64,000 nt of DNA from Gordius albopunctatus (Eukaryota). The DNA lies in NCBI GenBank assembly GCA_964276515.1, contig OZ193909.1:17112001-17176000 (forward strand), given 5' to 3'. The notes under the pieces were generated by a model. It was not told the DNA's origin, did not search any database, and saw only the letters and a list, made by a program, of their open reading frames with translations. Each line of letters opens with the position of its first letter. The first letter of the stretch is position 1. Of this stretch, positions 1 to 12,648 are shown in pieces. The position numbers and the translations under genes were made by a program.

Positions 1-784
1 TGTTGTGACAAAGTCTAACATCAATGCATTACTTGTGATATGTTTCGTCTACCTAGTTCTCTGGAATATCCCCATTTCTAAATGGTTCTACACTTATAGG
101 GTGTTGGTATGTCCTCAGGAAGAATTTAAACAGCAAGCTAATGATACTGGTTATTACATATATGCATATGACTGGGTAGAACGAAGTTTTCATCACGATC
201 ACTCTATAAATACCATATTATGGCATTGCTATCAAATATTACGCGAACTATTTATTAGTATAATACCCTTTGTAGGAGTCATAGTGATTAAAGTGTTAAT
301 ATTAAAGCGCAGAGCTAGGTTATCTTCTACTATAAACCCCAAAACTCAAAGTGCCAACACCGGCCTAACACCACAGGTTGTAAATGTCTCTGCACCCAAT
401 CATATAAATCTTCATAATATTCATGAAAATGCCACCTTATCTAGCCCAATGACCCAAAGGCTTAATCTTCGGATAAAAAAGCACCAAGCCGAAAATCAGC
501 AACACATGAGAACAATGATGGTCTTAACAATTGAATATATATTTTTAATGCTCCCAGTTTCCCTGACCCAGATGTGCATTGACTTCCTAAGGTCTAAGTA
601 CAGCCGTCAAAGCCTTTCAACATTTTACATCTTTGTCACCATGCTGCAATTCGTGTACGTTAGCTGTACATTTTTTATCAACTACATTTTCAATCCATCG
701 TATAGGGAGTTGGTTAATGATCAAATTTCGCGAGATGCTAATTATTTTGTAAAAAAATATTGGCATATGGCTAGCAATGCCTAA
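1..784 (+). CDS. Rhodopsin-like (class A) GPCR, 3' part (approx. TM4-TM7), peptide-receptor-like; 5' end lies outside the window
   Basis: Open frame with several hydrophobic helices (ALLVICFVYLVLWNIP, ELFISIIPFVGVIVIKVLIL, MVLTIEYIFLMLPVS, FVYVSCTFFINYIFNPSYR). The paralogue at 10185-13886 shows a TM1 GN motif. Confidence 0.75.
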   Translation, partial: VVTKSNINALLVICFVYLVLWNIPISKWFYTYRVLVCPQEEFKQQANDTGYYIYAYDWVERSFHHDHSINTILWHCYQILRELFISIIPFVGVIVIKVLILKRRARLSSTINPKTQSANTGLTPQVVNVSAPNHINLHNIHENATLSSPMTQRLNLRIKKHQAENQQHMRTMMVLTIEYIFLMLPVSLTQMCIDFLRSKYSRQSLSTFYIFVTMLQFVYVSCTFFINYIFNPSYRELVNDQISRDANYFVKKYWHMASNA

Positions 785-2620
785 TGTAAAACTCTAGAAT
801 GTGTGTAAAGTCGTAAATGTGGTTTTTAATTCATCATTTTTGTATATAGCGGATATCGTAATCGTGAAGAGGTATAACTAATTGCTCTCACCATCAACTT
901 GTGTCTATTTAAGTTTTAATAATATTTTAAATGTATAAACTAATAATGCAATATACAGGCGAACAGCTGATAATTATTAAGTAAATCTGTAGGCCGCCGC
1001 CATTTTTAAGGCCTATATATTAACAAACTAAACGCTATTATTTTGTTTAATAATTAAATTTTAAACTTATATATGGAAAATTATTCCTTTCTCATTATGC
1101 TTTCTTTCAAATTTTTCCAAATTATCATTGCACAGGGACGCATTTTCCAACAATATACCCAAAATGGTGGCCTAAGTTGCCTATTGAATGCAAAAACAGC
1201 TATGTTTAATCAAACCATTTCATGTTTTGGTGAGAAAATCCAAATTATAAAATTCCTTGTTATAGATTATAGAAAGGAAAAGAATAAAATAATCATGGTT
1301 TTCAGGTGGAAATGCTCTGCCTTCATCAAAATATATAAATATGGCTAAATTTGCGAATCGACCTATTTGGCTAGCAAACAGTCGTACTTAAGTTCCCTCA
1401 CAATTAGGAATTTTTTATGTGCTTTAAATCTTTTAAGTAATTTTTATTCTTGTATAATTCAGAGCTTAGGTCTGACTTGAAACAAACATAGCTATAGATT
1501 ACTTTAAAAGTTAGTAAACTTTAACTATAATAGATTCTTTTCTCTTAATGATGGCTGTTACAATGAATTATAAATCATAAGTCGTTTTTGTTGGTGTCAT
1601 ACAAGTTGGGTTATCAGCACAAATGATTTTAACAAAAAAAACTTCCACTAGTTTATTATCACGAAGGCCCAGCTATTGGCCAAAGATTTGAAATTGTATT
1701 TCTCAATAAGAATGCCAATTTTTTGTTTAAGTAAAAAGTTAGGAGCATACATGGAAATTGGGCAACGTGTGCCGATTTCTTTAAAAAGTTAATTGCTAAT
1801 GGGAGTGAAAATGGTGGCTGGAAGGTGAACCTGGTATTGGCCGTCTTAGGGTTCTCTGCAAGAGTTAGAGCATTAAAATTTAGGTTAGAGGGGGCGAAAA
1901 TGTCTATACAGGTGAATTCCCATTAAAGGGTAAACCAATTTGCCAGATGAGAGTTAAGCCTTTAGGCCGCATTCTTGCTTTCAAAGACGGGTCAAAAGGC
2001 TCTAGGACCGATGAACGCTAGTTTTTTTAAGGGCAGCCTGAATCGGTAAATGAAATCTCGTGTGCCTTATATATTTAAAAAAGTTTAAGGAAGTATAGGA
2101 GGTTATAGTAATACCTAATTAGAATATTGGTACCTTTATGATATAAATATCACTCTATTCACACCACTCATTTTGACTTGAATACACAACAGACATTGAA
2201 GTTTTTGAATACCTTACGATTTAAAAATTTTATTCATATTAACATCTATACAATTATATATAAACTAATTATTATCGATAAATAATCATTCTATCTTTTG
2301 GTTATAATAAACTTACTGTACATTTAGTAATAAACTATAACTTAAACCTCTACAAGGTGCCTTGAATATATGTCGACTTGGGAGCAATTGCGGCAGGGGT
2401 ACGGAGCTTAATTTAGAGCTTTAACTTTATGATATAATCTAAATGTTTTATCTTTACAAATTATTTGCGATAATTTAAAAATATGAATTCATATTTATCA
2501 TTTTAACATCACCGTTCGCTGGACATTTTGGTGCAAGGATTGCCATTGATCAAAATAAAAGTATTAAGCGCGGTGATGATGTCATCACAACTTTGTATGT
2601 TTTTACTCTGAACCAATTGC

Positions 2621-3761
2621 CAGGGGTTTGAACCCACCCAAAATAAAATCGGGTTCGTGTTCGGTTTAAGGAATTGGGTTCGGGTACAGGTTCGGGTTCA
2701 AGAAATTTTATTATACTAATAATACATTTTTACCTTCAAAAAATTATTGAATAGTTAACTTAATTTCTAAATAGCACATAATTAAATTCACATGCCAATT
2801 ATTTCATCTCATTGTGCATATGTATTTATTGAATTTTTAATGTTCTAATTTATTTTTGGATTTAAAAGCAATAAAAATATAATTAATAAAAGCCATACCA
2901 TATTCTAAATTACACAAAAATAATACAGTTGACACATAAATTATGTATATAATTTTGATATATTATTTAATCTTACAATTAAAACATCTCCTAATATTTG
3001 ATCAGTCATTTGTGATCGATAATTTGATGGAATAAATTTTAACGAGGAAAAAGCTCTTTCCACGCTAACTTGGGTAGGTGGAACAGCTAATACAACCTGC
3101 TGGGCTAACTGATAAATCTTGGGATGTTCATGTTTATTTTTCTCCCAAAATTCTAATAAGTTCTCATCTCGTCCAATTCTATTTTGATCCAAGAACAATG
3201 TCAAGAGAGAACCTATACTTTTTCCTGCACTTTTAACATTTTCCATATTAATAGTTTTACTTTGATCTTTCATTCTTAAAAGCTTCTCAAGCTTATCCGT
3301 TTTATCAGGCAATAATAATTATATTTTATCACTAGAATCATTACAGTCATTCTTTAATACCTCCAACTTCCCCTAAATTTTTAGTAAATGTATTTTAGCT
3401 ATGTGAATTTCTTCCTCGGATAGTAGGCATTGATAACGCAGATCAACGTATAAAGCTGCTAAAAGAAAATCATTCTTAAGAAGCTTTTCCTCGCGTGCCT
3501 TCATATTTTCAATTACTATTTTAGCAAATGGGTAAGTCTTCGTTTCGTTACATTGTCATGATAGAGAAAACTGAGATATTCAATTCGCAATATATTTTTG
3601 AATTAAAAACCCGAACACGAACCCTTTTTTGTATTCATCGGGTTCGGGTTCGGGTTTTAAGGGTATTTATAAAAATGGGTTCGGGTTTGGGTTCGGGTTC
3701 AGTAAAACATTGGGTTTTACCCGGTTCGGGTTCAGGGTTTCGGGTTCGGGACAAACCCCTG
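2621..3761 (-). mobile_element. Internally deleted hAT DNA transposon
   Basis: TIR CAGGGGTTTG / CAAACCCCTG, perfect 8-bp TSD CCAATTGC (2613-2620, 3762-3769), GGGTTC subterminal repeats at both ends. Confidence 0.93.
2941..3527 (-). pseudogene. hAT transposase C-terminal (dimerisation domain) remnant
   Basis: LLEFWEKNKHEHPKIYQLA...VPPTQVSVERAFS motif; upstream AALYVDLRY-like segment interrupted by a stop. Confidence 0.88.
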
Positions 3762-3959
3762 CCAATTGCCCCTTAACGATCGTATAAATTTAAACACCAA
3801 ATTGCGCCAATATAAAAATTAGAAGGCAAGTCTTTTTTTAATAACTATAAAGATTGCGAAAGAATGACTTTAAATAAATAAAATTTATAATAAACCTGAG
3901 AGTTTCTCAATAACTTATAATTTATATTTTTAATCATATTGATTGAGCTTTTAGTATAT

Positions 3960-5520
3960 AGCTTTCCTTTTTGCATCTTGTTCATTTATGTCCTAACTTC
4001 ATCCTCTTGAAAGATCGACCATACTTATGTTTGGCTTAATATCGGGAAGGAAATCTTTGTCATTTACAATAGTAATAAGTCACTTGAAATATCCTTTCCA
4101 TCCCTTCCTTTTGCTTGAATAAGGTTCGACCCTACCCGTTTTTGGCTAGGACTCCGACATTGCGACTTTTCTTCTCCCTTATCTTGGCTAATTTGTACAT
4201 ATGCCTGTCGCCCCCTATGATCCAGTTTTTTAAAATTTTGCCATTCCAACGGCCTTTTCGCGGCTCCTTTTGCCTCCCTATACTCTTGATAATCATCCGA
4301 CTTTTTTGATTTATGTCTTTTGTCTGTATGGATTTTCTTTCATTCGAGGAAATCCCTAACCTATTCATCCCGCCATCATATTTCCCTATTCATAGCTTTG
4401 CCTCTTTTGAGCTAGCGTCTCATAATCGCCGTCTACGTCCCTTTGCAACTTCCTTGCACCCAAGAGTGACGAATTTTTATGATATCGATCGTTTGTTAAT
4501 GTATCCTTTAGCGTTTCAATCGAATTCAAGGTTCATAAGCCTTTATTCTTTCTAGAATTACTTATCTTTCAAGATCCATAACAAGGGGATGATGTTGTTG
4601 CCCGACGATTCTTCTCACGGTATTACTTTGCAATCCATGCTATTCCATAAGTCTTGTCGCCTTATGACTAGATAGTCAATTTGATTAAAATGCTCCCCAC
4701 TTCTATAAGTCATGATATGATCTTCGCGTTTTTAGAGAGAGGTGTTAACGATCGCCATGTCGTATGCTTGAGATACTTGGTAAGGTTTTACCCTTATTTT
4801 TTCTTCAGACCATGTTCATAGCCTCTGATTTTTTCATATCCAAGGCTGAAATCCGCCCCAATAATGAGCTTCTTCCTGTCCTATTCCCTGTAAATTAATT
4901 TTTTAATGAATCGAAGAATATGTCTTTCCTTGATTCAATACACCCAATTTTGGGGAGCATACGCGCACATAAGAGTTAATAGGCCCCCTTGATCTGCAAT
5001 CTTCACCCACATTAACCCGTAGGATCGCCGCTTGACTTCCACCACTGTGTCCTAGAAGGATTCGTTTGAAACTATACCTAACCCGTTTTAACGATTCGGT
5101 GACCCACTGTAGAATATTTTGAGCCCTTCTCCTAACTCCCGAGCTACCTCATCACTTGTAGGCAATCAATGTTTACCTTTCTTTAAGCATTTGTGCGACC
5201 TCGATGCTCCGTTTTCATATATCAGCATGTTATTTGCATTCTTTCCACAACTAATTTGCAGATATCAGCACGTTATTTGCCTTTTTTCAGCAAATAATTT
5301 GCTAAACCGCCTTCGTTGTGAGCTGGGCATTAACCCTAGTGTGTTTTCATATTGCACAGGCGGAGTATGCAGTGCACGTCATTTATGGAGGACGTCCTAG
5401 CTTTCTGTTGTAAAGTTTTGATTAAATCTATCATGATTTTGGACTTGGTTTTTATACCCGATTTTCGACCTGAGGCCAGATCTCCACTTTTTGCACACGG
5501 ACTTGCGACCGTCGTAATGG
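3960..5520 (-). mobile_element. Degenerate RTE LINE, 5' portion (endonuclease and linker), same subfamily as the 10260-12648 copy
   Basis: MYKLAKIREKKSRNVG fragment; clear nucleotide similarity to 10270-11040; many stops and frameshifts; decayed twister-like 5' motif at about 5470-5520. Confidence 0.85.
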
Positions 5521-5759
5521 ATTTTTTACAATGAAGAATTCGGACGTGGCCCTCTAAAAATTTTATAATGTTGCCTCGAGCTACAAAGCTCACACACCTT
5601 AACAAATTCTTTTATTTTAGGCCATCAAACCTAATGATTGGCTAATCCCTTCATTTCAATTATACCTGCATGGATGTACAATAACACCTACCACTCTAAT
5701 TAAAAAGACTGTTATATAAAACCGTATTTTGGCCCAGGTCATGGACCAATATGGGCAAT

Positions 5760-6000
5760 TATGGCAGAAGAAGACTAAAGTTTGACTAGGACGAAAATGC
5801 CTGTTAAGCTAGATTTTGGTAATAAGCAAGATGGACCATATGTGATTTCTATACAGATAAAGTTAGCTGTTAGAAGATTGGAATGGTATGATCATTTAGA
5901 CGGAAGGGAAGTCACTTCCCCCATCTTATAAAGAATGTGCAATTTGTTATACAAGAGAAAGAGAGGAAGGCCTAAGCTGACATCAACACCGAGAAATCTA
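5760..6000 (+). mobile_element. Old RTE 3' fragment
   Basis: RRLEWYDHLDGRE and KRKRGRPKLT-like remnants matching the RTE ORF C-terminus. Confidence 0.5.
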
Positions 6001-7714
6001 AATTCAGGAGTTGCTCACCAAGTGTGACAAACAGAGAAAATATAAAAACATAATTTAAAAAATATATATTTTGAAATAAGGAACTTAGGTACTTTGGCCT
6101 TTTCTCTGCCTAAGGGCTTGTCTTAATATCGGATTTTGCTGCGTAGCAAAAATCGTCGTACTACGAGCCTGCAATATAATAATCGTTAACCATAGATGTC
6201 ATATTAATTATTTAATTTATTAAACACCAGCCAATTTATATATGTAAAAAATTAAAGTGTTACAAAAAGATAATTTATAACCGTTAAAAAAGGGTATGTG
6301 CTTTAAATTTTTCAAATGGTTGTAAAACCTATTAAGGTCAAATTTTTATTATAAATAAAACTATTTATATTAAATTTGTGGCCTTAAATTTTTCAAAGGA
6401 TTAAAAGTATATGGACTGAAAAGATCTGAAATACTCCTGTTAGCATTATAATGGCTATAAGTGTAAACTTGCAATTAAAATATATCGACTTTTTGCTCTT
6501 AAATTGAAATTAAAACTTTAATAAATCAGGCGCTTTAATTTTAAACTCCATCTTATTGTAAATGAGTCCGACTTCTGAGTTATTGATGCTTAGAACTAAT
6601 CAAATTATATTAAAACTTAAAAACAATAATTAAACAAGCCATTATCCCATCCTTATGCGCTCTAAAGATTATACCCAACAGCTAAAAAGGAGACTAGGAG
6701 TAGCTAGCACTAGTGTGGCTGGTATTTCCAAGTTTGCTGTTGTTAACCTTGGTTTGGTGTATATTTACGCAAAGACTTTTTAGCGCTGGGTGAAAGTTCT
6801 TATTTGCTTTCTTGGCGATTTTGTAAAAAAAACATTTAAGACCTTTTGATTGTGTTTTGGTCAATCTAACTGTGGCATGCAGAATTATGGTTCATATTTA
6901 CCCTATTAATATTTAGGGAACGAATGTTTGATTAAAGGAAATTATTATTGATCCTCCTATAAAAATTGATTTTACAGTTATGTAGGGGGGCTAAAGTAGG
7001 GCGGGCCATACACTATTCGCATGGTTAGCCATTTATAGATTTTATTTAAAAAGCAATTTCAATTATAGATATCAGTGCGACGGCAAACTTTCAATTTGTG
7101 TAACATTTCTGAGTGTTGTGATTAATAAAATTATTAAATGCTCTTAGTTAGATTAAAAATATTAATCAAACAAAATTTAATTTATCTGGATGGATTTTAT
7201 GACGATAGAAGCATGGGCTCTAGAGGGGGGCAATAATAATTTAGGGATTTTGGAATTTTTAGCCATAATTATATTGAATTTTAGAAAATATTTGAATTTA
7301 GAGGGGGGGCAGCCGCTGGCTAAGCCTATTAATAGAAGAATTTGTAACAAATCACTAGGATTAAAACTACCCAGCATAATATTCCGATTCACTATTAAAA
7401 TGTAATGCCAATGAGTAGCATTCGAAGAATTCATTAGCATTTCTAACCACCGCACTTCATATGAATAATTTTAGTTTTGTTTTATCATTCGATTACCCTT
7501 AATGTAATGTGATATAAATATTATTAATGAAAATGGAGATGGCCAAACATAGCGCATAACCATCCCCAGGAAGGACCATGATAGAGATCCTCTCTTAAGG
7601 ATTAAGATATGAATATATGTTTTTCATAAGGCTTATGATGATGATAGAGTTTTTGTTACTTGTTAGTTTTAAGGCAACACAATTTAAAAAACAAGTTTTT
7701 GTATTGAAGTATAA

Positions 7715-7900
7715 CATGGGCATGGTCAGGGGGGAGGGGGGCAGAGAGGGGCGGCTGCCCCATTCTATATACAAAAATTTGTTAAAATTTATTAAAATTA
7801 TGGCTAAAATTTCAAAAATAATCATTTTGCCCCCCCCCCCTCCATAAATCATTTTGCCCCCCCCCCCCCCACTTTAATTCCGATGCTGGCTACGCCCATG
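7715..7900. mobile_element. hAT-type MITE (CATGGGC...GCCCATG family)
   Basis: Imperfect TIRs, G-rich left and C-rich right subtermini, perfect 8-bp TSD AAGTATAA (7707-7714, 7901-7908). Partial copies near 7210, 8190, 14767, 21880, 22550 and 32651. Confidence 0.85.
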
Positions 7901-9289
7901 AAGTATAACGCTCTAACCTTTATAAATTAAGGCTTAGGCATAAATTAAGTGTAATAATAATTGGTCACAGCAGGGGTTATTTTAAGGATTGGACAAAATA
8001 ATATTAATTAAAGTAATTAAAGTAAACTTTCTGCACGATATTGTTGTTGATTAAAATGCGGGAAGCGTAGCAGCACAAAATACAATGTCACAACTTATTT
8101 TCAATTCCTGGTTGATAAAATAACACTAGCAACGTTCAAAATTATAATGCTACAACAATTTTTGTTATTTGTAAAGTCCGATCCTCTGAAACCAAAAATT
8201 TGTTGAAATTTATTAAAATTATGGCTAAAATTTCAAAAAATGATCATCATTTTGCTCCCCCCCTCTAATTACAATGCTGGCTACGCCCATGCTAATATAA
8301 TAAAGCAATTTAAACAAAAATTAGCTTAACTCCCTAATTTAGAAAGGGAAAAACCAATTACCAATTATGAGGCGTTTTTTATAAACAATTATTAAATGTT
8401 TATTTTTAAGTTTAGATTTACGTAACCTGCTAATCATGATGTTTGCTACGTGACTAGAAAGGTTTAACAGAAAGTAATGACAAAAAATATTGAATTAAAT
8501 AATAAAATCTTGTTTAGCTAATAATTGGTTTATTATCATACATTTAATCTAAATTTAAATAAAGAAGCGTTTAGTTCACAAACTTAGCCTATAAATCATT
8601 GTTATAATGTAATAAATTATTTTTAATAAAAAAACATAACAACTTTAAAAAAAGAAATAGCAAAGTTTACATATACACGAGCTTTATGCCTTAAATACGA
8701 AATTTTTCTTTCATTCTTCTGAAATTATGTGAACTAATAGAAACATGCTATATCGTAAAGTGTTTTCTGTTTATTATTATTTTATTCGGTTCGATCAATT
8801 AATATGCTCATGAGTAACAATGAGATCATTTCAAAATAAAGGTAGAATTAAAAGAACTATAATAAATTAAAACCCTCTCTTATAAAAATTAATGGTAGTT
8901 GTACCTTTTATTATAGCTACATATTCGAGCTCTAACTATTACATAGTATTGAGATTTACATCTTCAAACTGAACGATCATGAACCTAGCCTGCTGAAGCA
9001 CGTGCTTTTTGACATTTATAAATGGTATTTTATAATATGCTTGAAGCTTTTTTAAGCGTTATTTTTAAGCGAAGGTTATCATTTAATCACTCATTTATGT
9101 TAATTAGTCCAATTCTGGTGTTTCCAATTTACACAGGTTGTTAATAATTCCTATATTATCATCAAATATTGATTTTCATAATAATCAGAAGAGACTATCT
9201 ATTGCACAAAATTATAAGTCAATGTTTAGAGAATTAATTGCTATGCAATTTATGGGCTCGTTTTTTGTTGTCCGTCCGATGTCTGATGT

Positions 9290-9830
9290 CTACCAAGTTA
9301 TTTACAACAGCTTCCTGACCTGGAGGTACGAGTTCAATCCCGGGAGAGGACGATTTTTTTTTTAATTAAATTAATAATTTGTTCTTGTAAATACCATGGA
9401 CAATATGACTTTTTGACCGTCCGCTGGCTGCTGACCAATGAAAAAAATGACCATTGGCCAAATAAATCGAAATTTTTTTTTCCGTTTTTGAATTGGGTAA
9501 CATTGATAATTACCTTATGCCCTCCCCTACAAGGGCCTATGCCTCTACTGATATGGGTCCCTGTGACCCTACAAAAGCCTATTCCTCTATTAATGTGGGT
9601 TCGAATCCCGGCGAACGTTCTGAATTGCTGGTTCGAATCCCGGAGAGGGCAAAATTTTTATTTTTTTTAAATTAAATTAATATATTGTTCTTGTTAATAC
9701 CATGGATAATATGACCTTTTGACCGTCCGCTGGCTGCTGACCAATAAATTTTTTTTTCGTTTTTGAATTGTTATATTAGGTTAACATTGATAATTACCAT
9801 ATGTCCTCCCCTACAAGGGCCTATAAATAA
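9290..9830 (+). repeat. Tandemly duplicated tRNA-derived SINE-like repeat
   Basis: Pol III B-box-like GTTCAATCCC / GGTTCGAATCCC at about 9332, 9598 and 9630, followed by T-runs; 9330-9540 is repeated at 9630-9824. Confidence 0.55.
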
Positions 9831-10253
9831 TTAACTAATTATTTTGCATTTAATATCCCCCCTATAGGCATTCTCGTCCCTTCCCACCTTTCTCGCCCAT
9901 AAATTGCATAGAAAATATGCTACTTTTATACGGAGTATAGATGAGTTTCGTTCCCCCTTCCCTTCCCCTCCTCCCCTTCCCCCCTCCCCCTTTCCACGAG
10001 GGCCGAAGGCCCGTGTTATTTGTTTTTAACATAAATACTTGATATTGGTATCATAACTAAAAACTCATTCCTAGATGGATCGATAAATATTTCCCCTTTT
10101 AGATTATCGAAATACCACATATTTGTCTCGCCCAAAAGAAAATCATCTTTTTTTTGTGAGTTGTTTTGACTAACTGAAAATATCTTGGCGGAAAATGATA
10201 ACTGCACACCCTACTATTCCATCAACTTATTTGATCGCAGTATAGTAAATACG

Positions 10254-10310
10254 ATTAATAACACTACCTACGACGGTCTCAAGTCCGTGTGCATAAAGTG
10301 GAGGGTTGGC
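10254..10310 (+). ncRNA. Twister ribozyme (P1 type) at the RTE 5' end
   Basis: UAACACUAC-CUACG-ACGG-UCUCAAGU-CCGU-GUGCAUAA-AGUG-GAGGG fits the twister core: P2 CACU/AGUG, P4 ACGG/CCGU, two pseudoknots. Confidence 0.8.
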
Positions 10311-12648
10311 GTCAGGTCGGAAACCGACTATAAAAATCAACTCCAAAACTATGATAGTTTCAAACAGGATTTTACAAGAAAAGGCTAGGGCGTCCTCCAC
10401 AAACGACGCGCACTGCATACCCCGCCCGTGCAATGTGAAAAATACACTAGGGTTACTGCCCAACTCCCAATGAAGGCGGTTAAGGAAACTAGTTGTGGAA
10501 AGAATGCGAATTACGTTCTGGAATGTGGAAACGTTGGCGGGGAAGAGCATTGAGGCCGCACAGATGCTAAAAAGAAGAAAGGTACACATCGCCTGCCTAC
10601 AAGAGACGAGGTGGAACGGAACGAAAGCTCGGGAATTAGGAGAAGGATACAAGCTTTTCTACAGTGGGTCATCAAATCGTAGAAACGGGGTCGGTATCGT
10701 TCTAAGTGAATCGTTCAAGGACAAGGTGGCCGAAGTCAAGCGTTGTTCCGACAGGCTAATGTGGGTGAAGATTGCAGATCAAGGGGCCTCCTAACCGTTA
10801 TGTGCGCGTATGCCCCCCAAATTGGATGTTTGGAATCAGAGAAAGACATATTCTTCGATTCATTGGAAAAGGAATAGGACAGGAAGAAAAGCTAATTATT
10901 GGGGCAGATTTCAACGCTCACGTTGGGAAAGATCGCCTCGGGTATGAACGCAATCATGGAGGCTATGGGCATGGTCTGAAGAACAAATAAGGGGAAAAAC
11001 TTCTCCAAGTATCCCAAGCATATGACATGGCGATCGTTAACGCCACCTTATTCAAGCCGAAAGAAGTGATGGAAAGGTGGAAAGGATATTTTAAGAAACT
11101 TATGAATATTGCAAACGACAAGGATTCCCTTCCCGAAATTGAGCCAAATATAAATATGGTCGAACTCTTTCAGGAGGATGAAGTTAGAACACAAATGAAC
11201 AAGATGCAAAAAGGAAAAGCAAATGGTCCAGATGGAATATCTATGGAAGCGTTGCTCGGATGTCGTAAAGAAGGAGTCACCGCCATGATGAACCTCCTTA
11301 ACAAGATATTGGTAGAAGAGCGAATCCCTAATCAATGGAGAGCAAGCACGATTATACCATTATTTAAAAGCAAAGGAGACCCTCAGGACTGCGGCAATTA
11401 CAGAGGTATCAAGCTAACTTGCCACTCCTTGAAGCTTTTGGAAAGGATCTTAGTAACAAGGCTGAAAAGCGTGGTGGAAATATCGGCTAATCAATTCAGA
11501 TTCGTGGCCGGCAAATCCACAATCGACCCAATCTTCGCTCTGAGACAAATGATGGATAAGTATGGTGAAAAGAGGAAAGACCTACATATGGTTTTTATCG
11601 ACTTGGAGAAAGCTTATGACACGGTCCCACGCGACTTAATATGGTGGTGCCTGAGGAAACAAAATATCCCTGACGCATATATACGGCTTATGAAAAATAT
11701 TTATGAAGCTTCAAACTCTTGCGTTAGGACGACAGTTGGAGACTCTAAACCTTTTCGGGTTAATATTGGATTACATCAAGGCTCTGCTTTAAGTCCCTTT
11801 TTATTTAATATAATTATAGACACGATAACGAGGGACGTTCAAAAGCCTTCGCCATGGTGTATGCTATATGCCGATGATATAGTACTATGCGAGGAAACAA
11901 GAGAGAAAGTATTCGAAGAAGCCGAAAAATGGTCAAAGTTCTTAGATGGATATGGTTTAAAGGTCAACGATAGAAAAACGGTATACATGGAAATGAACGG
12001 TACAGGCACCTCATCGCTGGATGACCATCTAAAGTACCCAAAAGTAGACAGGTTCACATACCTCGGCTCGATGCTACATCAAGAGGGAGGTTGCACAACA
12101 GAAGTCAATACCCGGATCCAAAAAGGATGGCTTAAATGGCGAAGTATATCCGGTATAATGTGTGACAAGAAAATGCCAATATGGTTGAAGAGCAAAGCTT
12201 ACAAATCCATCGTAAGACCGTTGTTACTCTATGGAAGTGAAACATGGGCATTAAACACCACGGAATTAAAGCTATTACAAGCCACAGAGATGAGAATGAT
12301 ACGGTGGAGCTTGGGGTATACTAAGCTCGACCATATGATGACGAATGACTTTTTCATGACAAAAATGGGTATTCAATCTATGGCGGACATGATTAACGAA
12401 AATCGGCTAAGGTGGTATGGTCATATACTAAGGAGGGATACGGATGACGTAAATCGAAAAGTACTGGACATGGAGGTACCGGGGAAGAGAGGAAGAGGAC
12501 GACCCCGTGTCACGTGGAAAGGGCAAGTCGATAAAGTTATGGAAACTAAAGAGATTAGTCAAAACATGGCACTCACCCGGTCAAGATGGAAGAAACTTAT
12601 CAAAACAAACCCCACCAATGTGGGACCAAATAACTGATAAAGAAGAAG
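10260..12648 (+). mobile_element. RTE-clade non-LTR retrotransposon, 5'-complete but internally deleted and frameshifted
   Basis: APE endonuclease (WNVETL, CLQETR, GADFNAHVG) and RT (FIDLEKAYD, GLHQGSALSP, YADD); GAAGAAG tail; 18-19 bp TSD ATAGTAAATACGATTAAT(A) starting at 10242 and 12649. Confidence 0.96.

Noticed and set aside
3528..3776. 82-aa Gly/Ser-rich ORF
   Set aside because: Translation of the GGGTTC subterminal repeats of the hAT element.
5470..5525. Fourth twister ribozyme copy
   Set aside because: Recognisable remnant, but the UAACACU strand and GAGGG are mutated, so it is unlikely to be functional.
9595..9650. Possible tRNA gene (GGTTCGAATCCC)
   Set aside because: Only T-arm/B-box motifs; no cloverleaf, acceptor stem or anticodon arm could be built.
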